Shown here: positions 43,886-49,742 of the stretch, piece after piece
Numbering within the stretch: position 1 is the stretch's first letter
How the letters are laid out: each line of letters opens with the position of its first letter
Origin: Chloroflexota bacterium
Lineage (GTDB): Bacteria; Chloroflexota; UBA6077; CF-72
DNA: 49,742 nucleotides
Reading direction: 5' to 3'
Assembly (NCBI GenBank): GCA_005883405.1
Contig: VBGG01000136.1
Coordinates: forward strand, 1 to 49,742
Notes under the pieces: generated by a model
The model's input: only the letters and a program-made list of their open reading frames with translations
The model's database searches: none
Told to the model about the DNA's origin: nothing
Made by a program: the position numbers and the translations under genes

Positions 43886-45115
43886 CTAAGGCAGAAAGTT
43901 CCGCAACCAATTCGTCACCGCGCTGCCGATGCCTGAAAGGGGCAATCCGCCGCGTGCAGCCGCTGGTTCGAACTCCTGGTCGAGGCCCCACTTCAACAAC
44001 CCGACACTGGTTGCAAACGCTGGTGTAGAGATCTGATCGGTCAGCCCGTAGATGCCTGTCGGCGTGCCGATGCGGACAGGCGCCCTGAATACCTCCGCCG
44101 CCAGACGCCTGATGCCCCCCAGCTGCGCCGTTCCACCACACAGCACCACACCCGCGGGCAAGCCGCGCAGGCCAGCCTTGTCCAGCTGCTCGACGATCAG
44201 CTCGAACGTCTCCTCCAGCCGCGGTTCGATAATCTCGCTGACCTGGCGTCGCGATACCGGCCGACCGTCGCCCGTGTCGAAGGCCGAGACGTCGATCGTC
44301 CGGTCGTCTTCGAGCAGCTCTGGGAGCGCGTACCCGTGCCGAATCTTGATCTCCTCCGCGGCGGCGAACGGCGTGCGCAGGCCCACTGCCAGATCGTTGC
44401 TGACCTGGAAGCCGCCGACTGGCAACACGCACGCGTAGACCAGCGCGCCCTCGACGAAGATGCCCGCGTCCGTGGTGCCGCTGCCAATGTCGATGAGCGT
44501 CACCCCGATCTCGCGCTCCGCTTCAGTCAGCACCGCTTCGCCCGCCGCGACAGGCTGCAGCACCAGCGAATCGATGCCGATCCCGGCGCGTTCCACGCAG
44601 CGCACCAGGTTGCTGACCGACGTCATCGCGCCCGCCACGATCGTCGTCTGAACCTCGATGCGGTGCCCGAGCATGCCGATCGGATTCTTAATGCCGTCCT
44701 GGCCATCGACGACGTAGTGCCTGGGCAGGACGTGGACGATCTCGCGGTCATTGGGCACGTTCACCACACGCGCCGCCTCGAGCGCGCGCTGCACGTCGTC
44801 GGGTGAGATCTGCCGATCGGGGTGACGCACGGCTACCACGCCCTGGCTCGTCTGCGTGCTGATGTGGGCGCCGGAGATGCCCACGAACGCGCTGACGATC
44901 TTGAAGCCGGACTGTTGCTCGGCCTTGCTGACCGCGCTGACGATCGATTCGATAACCTCCTCGGGGTTGACCACGACTGCTTTCTTCAGGCCGCGCGATG
45001 GCACGATGCCCGTGCCGATCACCTCCAGGTGGTCGTCCTCGGAGACCTCGGCGATCAGCGCACAGACTTTGGTGGTACCCACGTCGATGCCGACGACGAT
45101 CCGGTCGTTGCTCAT
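43886..45115 (-). CDS. ftsA: Cell division protein FtsA
   Basis: 409 aa actin-like ATPase (VGIDVGTTKVCALI, DIGSGTTD). It lies between ftsQ and ftsZ. Confidence 0.95.
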   Translation of the reverse strand: MSNDRIVVGIDVGTTKVCALIAEVSEDDHLEVIGTGIVPSRGLKKAVVVNPEEVIESIVSAVSKAEQQSGFKIVSAFVGISGAHISTQTSQGVVAVRHPDRQISPDDVQRALEAARVVNVPNDREIVHVLPRHYVVDGQDGIKNPIGMLGHRIEVQTTIVAGAMTSVSNLVRCVERAGIGIDSLVLQPVAAGEAVLTEAEREIGVTLIDIGSGTTDAGIFVEGALVYACVLPVGGFQVSNDLAVGLRTPFAAAEEIKIRHGYALPELLEDDRTIDVSAFDTGDGRPVSRRQVSEIIEPRLEETFELIVEQLDKAGLRGLPAGVVLCGGTAQLGGIRRLAAEVFRAPVRIGTPTGIYGLTDQISTPAFATSVGLLKWGLDQEFEPAAARGGLPLSGIGSAVTNWLRNFLP

Positions 45116-45957
45116 CGGAAATACGGCCGGTCGCGAAAACGAACGTCGATGAGCTCGGCGGCGGCGCGGGTGCGCGCGAGCTCGTCACGCACTGCGCGCA
45201 ACGATGCGACCTGCTGTTCGACATTGCCCACGTCGTCGAAGCGTGCGCGCCAGCCGTCGCGCGTCGGCACTTCGAGTCCGATCTCGCGGCTCCATTCGAA
45301 ACCAAGTGGCTGCACGCCGACCGTCGGCAACAGCGCGGCCAGGCGCGCCGAGGTCGCCAATGCGCCGGCGTCAACTCGATCCCCGGGCGTCAGCGGCTGG
45401 CCGTCCAACTGAGCCACTGTCGGCAGCGGCGCCAGGCGCGGATCGCACGGCTGCCCCGCGCAGGCACGAGCCTGTTGAGTCTCGGCGTCTACGGGCTTTA
45501 GAATAACTCCCTCGCCATCAACCAGAAAACTCTGGTCGCCGCTCACCCAGAAAGCGGCTGGTTGGCGCTCGACGATCGATATCTCCACTGTATCCGGCAA
45601 CGTGGCGCCGACCTCGACCTGCTGCACGAGCGGCAGCGCGCGGACTCGGGCGCCGACCTGTCCCCGGTCGACCCAGAAGACGTTTGCGCCGATCACCGCG
45701 GCCACGTTTTCGACCTCCGCCCGGCTCAGGAGCACATTGCCCTGTACGCGCACGGAGTGCACCTGAAAGCGATCGGACGAACCGCAATCGTACACGAGCC
45801 AGCCAGCACCGACGAGCAGGGCCAGCGCCAGCACGCGACCGACGACCCAGCCGAGAAAGCCTGGCGGCAGCCAGGGCTCGCGGTCGGTCGCTGCTCGCAC
45901 CGCGCGGTCGGCTGCCGGGTTGTGCCCGTACGACGGCCGGTGGGCTGCTCTAGCCAT
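45112..45957 (-). CDS. ftsQ: Cell division protein FtsQ/DivIB (single TM plus POTRA)
   Basis: 281 aa from ATG 45957. A TM helix (VVGRVLALALLVGAGWLV) is followed by a POTRA-like region (FQVHSVRVQGNVLLSRAEV). ATGA overlap with ftsA. Confidence 0.85.
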   Translation of the reverse strand: MARAAHRPSYGHNPAADRAVRAATDREPWLPPGFLGWVVGRVLALALLVGAGWLVYDCGSSDRFQVHSVRVQGNVLLSRAEVENVAAVIGANVFWVDRGQVGARVRALPLVQQVEVGATLPDTVEISIVERQPAAFWVSGDQSFLVDGEGVILKPVDAETQQARACAGQPCDPRLAPLPTVAQLDGQPLTPGDRVDAGALATSARLAALLPTVGVQPLGFEWSREIGLEVPTRDGWRARFDDVGNVEQQVASLRAVRDELARTRAAAELIDVRFRDRPYFR

Positions 45958-47074
45958 GCGCCGCGACCTGGTGGTCCGCGCACGGGGCACTCTGAGGAGG
46001 CGAACAACCCTCAGAAGGTGTCGATTCGCTTCGTGCGGGTCGCCGAGCGCCCGGCAGCGAAGAACCGCCCCTGGAAGGTGTCGATTCGCATCGTGCGGGT
46101 CGCGGGGCGTTCGAAGGAGGCGAGGAACCCTCCCCAAGAGGAGTCCTTTCGCCTGGTTCGGGTCGCCGAGGGCCTTCGAGCGCCACGCGTTCCTCAAGAC
46201 TCCAACGGCCTAGCAGCTCGATCTCGGCCCGCAGCCACGTCCCCGTTCGCTCGAAGACAACATCCTGCGCTCGGCGCATGAGCGCGTAGACGTCGCGCGC
46301 GGTCGCACCACCAGGGTTCACGATGAAGTTCGCGTGCTGCTCCGAAATACGCGCCGCCCCCGCGCGCGATCCCTTCAAGCCGGCCTCTTCGATCAGCTTT
46401 CCCGAGAACGTGCCCTCGGGGTTGGCAAAGACGCTGCCCGCGCTCAGGATGCGCGGCTGGGTTCGCATGCGCTGCGCGTTGAACTCCTTGACCAGCCCGT
46501 CGGCGCGTTCGGGCGTGCTGACCTGCAGCCGCAGCTCGACGCGATCGACGGCCACGTCGCCCAGTTCACGGCGCTTGAGCGCGCTGGTGCGATACGCGTA
46601 GCCCAGGTCACTGGAGTTCAGGCAGAACGTCCGATCAACCGCGACGAGGCGTACCGACAGCAAACATGACGCCGTGTCGCCGCCGAACGCACCCGCGTTG
46701 TTGACGGCGGCGCCGCCGACAGTACCCGGGACGTTCGCCGCCCATTCCAGCCCGCCGAAGCCCTGTTTGGCCAGGCGGCGTGCCTGGTTGGCAAGGTTGG
46801 CGCCTGCCTCGGCGATCAGTACCGGCTGCCCGTGGCGATCTTCTACTTGCGTGCGCGCGTAGGCCGCCTTCACGATCAGTCCCGTGACCCCCGCGTCGGC
46901 TACCAGCAGATTGGACCCACCGCCGATGACATGCACCGGCAGGTCGCGCTCGCGTGCCCAACGCAGCGCTTCGGCCGCCTCTTCGGCCGAGGTTGCCAGC
47001 ACAAAGTGATCGGCCGCACCTCCAACGCGCAGCGACGTATGTGGCGCCAGGCTCACGCCCCGCTCGAGCTTCAT
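45950..47074 (-). CDS. murB: UDP-N-acetylenolpyruvoylglucosamine reductase with an 83 aa Pro/Ser/Arg-rich tail encoded by the tandem repeat
   Basis: FAD-binding N-terminus (GGGSNLLV). The conserved domain ends near ...AEIELLGRW (~46202). There is no in-frame stop until 45950. Confidence 0.88.
   Translation of the reverse strand: MKLERGVSLAPHTSLRVGGAADHFVLATSAEEAAEALRWARERDLPVHVIGGGSNLLVADAGVTGLIVKAAYARTQVEDRHGQPVLIAEAGANLANQARRLAKQGFGGLEWAANVPGTVGGAAVNNAGAFGGDTASCLLSVRLVAVDRTFCLNSSDLGYAYRTSALKRRELGDVAVDRVELRLQVSTPERADGLVKEFNAQRMRTQPRILSAGSVFANPEGTFSGKLIEEAGLKGSRAGAARISEQHANFIVNPGGATARDVYALMRRAQDVVFERTGTWLRAEIELLGRWSLEERVALEGPRRPEPGERTPLGEGSSPPSNAPRPARCESTPSRGGSSLPGARRPARSESTPSEGCSPPQSAPCADHQVAAHG
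45991..46197. repeat. Three-plus tandem copies of a 60-64 bp unit at the murB/ftsQ junction
   Basis: Units start at 46014, 46074 and 46138 (GAAGGTGTCGATTCGC.TCGTGCGGGTCGC...), with a partial unit upstream. The third copy is degenerate. Confidence 0.85.
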
Positions 47075-48450
47075 CGGCCGAGGGCCTCCACCAGGCGCTC
47101 CGACAGGACCGTGACGTCGCCCGCGCCAATGGTGATGACCATGTCGCCTGGCCTGGCTTCTCGCTGGACAACCTCCTCAGCGGCGTCGAACGTCTCAACC
47201 AGGCGCACGTCGGCATGTCCCGCGGCGCTGATCGCGGCCACCAGGTCTTCAGAACTGACCGCGCGCGCGGCGAGCTCACGGCCGCTCGGACGATAGATGG
47301 GCAAGATCAGCGCGTGCGAGGCATCTCGAAACGAGGTCGCGAACTGCTCGAGCAGAGCCGCGGTGCGATTGCTCGTGTGCGGCTGGAACAGCGCCCAGAC
47401 GTTGCCTTCAGCGACTGCGACCGCGGCGCGCAGCACGGCGGCCACTTCGGTGGGGTGGTGCGCGTAATCGTCCAACACCCAGATGCCGCTCGGTCGGCCT
47501 CGGGTCTCGAAGCGGCGCCGCGGCCCCTCGAACGACACGATGGCGGCCAGCGCGGCGCTGAGCCCGACGCCGAAGTAATCGGCAGCCGCGATAGCAGCGG
47601 AGACGTTGCGCGCATTGTGCTCGCCGATCAGCGGCGACTGCACCGGCCACGCGCGACCCGCGTTGCGCAGCGTGAAGCGTGAGCCGCGACCGCCCTCTGC
47701 AACGTAGTCGGCGATGTACCAGTCGGCGTCGGCGGCGAACCCGTAGGTCTCACGCCGCGCAGGCGAGTCGAGCGCTGCCGCGCACGGGTCGTCGGCACAC
47801 ACGACCAGCCTTCCGTGCGCTGGCAGGCGTTCGACCAGCGATTGGAACGCCGCCTGGATCTCGGCGAGGTCGCGATAGTAGTCGAGGTGGTCCGCCTCGA
47901 TGCTGGTGACGATGGCGACCTCCGGCCAGTAGTTCAGGAAGCGCCGGTCGTACTCGTCGGCCTCGACGACCATCGGTCCGTCACCCGCTCGCGCGCCGAG
48001 GCGAAAGGCTGGCGTATCGGCGCCGATCAGCGCGAGCGGATCGACACCACCCTGCTGGAGCAACCAGGCCACCAGCGCGGTGGTAGTGGTTTTGCCGTGC
48101 GTGCCCGCCACCGCGACGCCGCTTCGGTCGCGCATCAGCTCGCCAACCGCTTCGGCCAGCTTTCTGGTCGGCAGGCGTCGCCGTTGGGCTTCGACGACCT
48201 CGGGGTTGTCCGCCGCGATCGCCGACGAGCGCACCACGTAGTCGGCGTCGCCGAGATTCGCGGCGGAGTGCGCGGCGTACACCGTTGCGCCAGCCTTGCA
48301 CAAGAGCTCGGTGGTTGCCGAACGGGAGACGTCACTCCCGCTGACCTGCTTACCCATCTCCAGCAGCAGGCTGGCGAGCGCACCCATGCCCGACCCGCCG
48401 ATCCCGACCAGGTGGACTCGCCGCGCTTGTGCCAGCGTCAGCTCAGACAC
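47071..48450 (-). CDS. murC: UDP-N-acetylmuramate--L-alanine ligase
   Basis: 459 aa. VHLVGIGGSGMGALA and the P-loop VAGTHGKTTTTAL. Confidence 0.95.
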   Translation of the reverse strand: MSELTLAQARRVHLVGIGGSGMGALASLLLEMGKQVSGSDVSRSATTELLCKAGATVYAAHSAANLGDADYVVRSSAIAADNPEVVEAQRRRLPTRKLAEAVGELMRDRSGVAVAGTHGKTTTTALVAWLLQQGGVDPLALIGADTPAFRLGARAGDGPMVVEADEYDRRFLNYWPEVAIVTSIEADHLDYYRDLAEIQAAFQSLVERLPAHGRLVVCADDPCAAALDSPARRETYGFAADADWYIADYVAEGGRGSRFTLRNAGRAWPVQSPLIGEHNARNVSAAIAAADYFGVGLSAALAAIVSFEGPRRRFETRGRPSGIWVLDDYAHHPTEVAAVLRAAVAVAEGNVWALFQPHTSNRTAALLEQFATSFRDASHALILPIYRPSGRELAARAVSSEDLVAAISAAGHADVRLVETFDAAEEVVQREARPGDMVITIGAGDVTVLSERLVEALGR

Positions 48451-48468
48451 GCCGCGTGCCTGGTTGTT

Positions 48469-49683
48469 TCATGCGCACAGGCGCCGGCCGAGTCGGCGCG
48501 TGACGGTAGTGCTCGACCCTCGCAATGCGTGAGCGGGAGATGATCTCGGCTCGACGTCAACCGCGGCGGCTGGCAGGCGCGAGATGTTGAGCAACAAGCC
48601 GATGGCGACCAGCGAGATGACCGTGGACGAACCGCCGAACGACAGGAGCGGCAGCGTCACGCCCGTGTACGGCAGCGAATTGGTCACCACCGCCACGTTG
48701 ACCAGCGTCTGCACGGCCAGCATGCACGTCAGGCCAGTCGCGAACAGGCGCGCAAAGGCGTCTGGCGCGCGCCAGGCGATCAGGAATCCGCGCCAGAACA
48801 GGATGCCGAACAGCATGAGCACGCCGACACACCCGACGAATCCCAGCTCCTCGCCGATGATCGCGAAGATCGCGTCGGTGTGCGCGTTGGGCACCCAGTA
48901 GAACTTCTGCAGGCCGTTGCCCAAGCCGTGGCCGAACAGGCCGCCCGAGCCGACAGCGATGAGTCCCTGGGCGGTATGCCAGCCGCTGCCCTGGATGTCG
49001 CTCCAGGGGTCGAGGAAGGCGCGGATGCGCTCGAGCTGGTAGCCGCTCAGGTGCGCCAGCAGCGCCACGCCTGCGCAGGCGCCCGCCAGATACAGCAGCG
49101 CGATCTGCAGCAGGTTTGCGCCGCCGACGAAGAAGATGCACGCCGAAACACCGACCACGATCGCGGTCGTGCCCAGATCAGGTTGCACCGCGATCAACGC
49201 CGCGACGATGGCGACGATGATCGCGAACGGCAGCAATCCCTTGAAAAACTCGCCGACGATGGGTCCCCGCCGCGCCAGCCAATCGGCAAGGTATAGCGTG
49301 ACCGCCAGCTTGGCGATCTCGCTGGGTTGGATCTGCAGCGGGCCCAGCTTGATCCAGCGCACCGCGCCGTAGTTGCTGGCGCCGATGCCCGGGACCAACA
49401 CGAGCACCAGCAGCCCGATACAGGCCAGCATGATCGGCAGCGAGAGTAGCCGCCAGCGCCGATAATCCAGGCGCATCGCCAGCAGCATCCCGATCGCACC
49501 CAACCCGATCCAGGCCAGCTGGCGCACCAGGAAGTACGCGTCGTCGTTGAATTCGTTGTGGGCGACGACGAAGCTGGCGCTGTAGACCATCAGGGTGCCG
49601 AGCACCAGCAGGGCGATAGTGCTGGCCATCAGCAGGTAATCCGGACGGCGCGCTTGGAGCTTGTCGACTGGCAAATGAGTCAT
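48469..49683 (-). CDS. ftsW: FtsW/RodA/SpoVE (SEDS) family protein, FtsW by context
   Basis: 404 aa polytopic membrane protein with SEDS motifs (QPSEIAKL, HTDAIFAIIGEELGF). It lies between murD and murC. Confidence 0.88.
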   Translation of the reverse strand: MTHLPVDKLQARRPDYLLMASTIALLVLGTLMVYSASFVVAHNEFNDDAYFLVRQLAWIGLGAIGMLLAMRLDYRRWRLLSLPIMLACIGLLVLVLVPGIGASNYGAVRWIKLGPLQIQPSEIAKLAVTLYLADWLARRGPIVGEFFKGLLPFAIIVAIVAALIAVQPDLGTTAIVVGVSACIFFVGGANLLQIALLYLAGACAGVALLAHLSGYQLERIRAFLDPWSDIQGSGWHTAQGLIAVGSGGLFGHGLGNGLQKFYWVPNAHTDAIFAIIGEELGFVGCVGVLMLFGILFWRGFLIAWRAPDAFARLFATGLTCMLAVQTLVNVAVVTNSLPYTGVTLPLLSFGGSSTVISLVAIGLLLNISRLPAAAVDVEPRSSPAHALRGSSTTVTRRLGRRLCA

Positions 49684-49742
49684 CGCGGCAGCTCGGCGAC
49701 CGCCCGAGCGAAGTCTCGCCCGCGCTCTTCGAAGTCGCGGTA
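49680..49742 (-). CDS. murD: 3' end of UDP-N-acetylmuramoylalanine--D-glutamate ligase (partial, runs off the window)
   Basis: The last 20 aa, YRDFEERGRDFARAVAELPR, match the typical MurD C-terminus (..F.nyE.RG..F...). ATGA overlap with ftsW. Confidence 0.6.
   Translation of the reverse strand, partial: YRDFEERGRDFARAVAELPR

Noticed and set aside
45991-46197. Possible small CRISPR array, suggested by a 29 nt conserved core repeated with ~31-35 nt between cores.
   Set aside because: The spacers are themselves related to each other, so the whole 60-64 bp unit repeats. There are only about three copies, the third is degenerate, and no cas genes or leader are present. This is a plain tandem repeat.

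Overview
This is a 49.7 kb high-GC chromosomal core region with dense, mostly translationally coupled operons and no obvious mobile or defence island. All family calls come from motifs read by eye, because no searches were possible.

Gene content, left to right:
- metH
- bcp, an SDR and a MoaD-like gene
- an F420-type nitroreductase, a SnoaL-like gene and a LuxR regulator
- fabD, two ketosynthases and Uma2
- a coiled-coil protein, a small membrane protein and a membrane-fused spermidine-synthase-like gene
- two tandem cNMP-binding/ParA-like ATPases
- a zinc-ribbon protein and a LysM-glucosaminidase
- trmI
- secE-nusG-rplKAJL
- a [NiFe]-hydrogenase small/large subunit pair followed by a PAS histidine kinase
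- tyrA and an M50 protease
- argCJBD
- prmC-prfA-hisS
- DUF167 and a GNAT
- a division block: murD'-ftsW-murC-murB-ftsQ-ftsA-ftsZ, a secreted hypothetical, a radical SAM gene, then pgeF-yggS-yggT

FtsA without SepF, an F420-type enzyme and an actinobacterial-type hydrogenase suggest a Chloroflexota-like monoderm. This is a low-confidence inference.

Most notable observations:
1. A group-1h-like hydrogenase pair is hard-coupled to a soluble PAS-PAS histidine kinase by a GTGA stop/start overlap. No maturation genes are nearby.
2. Two tandem cNMP-gated ParA/CpaE-like ATPase paralogues, the second with Walker A GKT changed to GQT.
3. rplJ has no stop codon and reads in frame into rplL.
4. argB carries an in-frame TAG inside an otherwise intact, coupled argCJBD operon.
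5. Three intergenic repeat families: a ~110 bp compound palindrome, GCGCGTTC octamer arrays and GTTCCGC-type heptamer arrays. They enclose a terminator, hold start codons and contribute coding sequence.
6. A 60-64 bp tandem repeat forms an in-frame tail on MurB.
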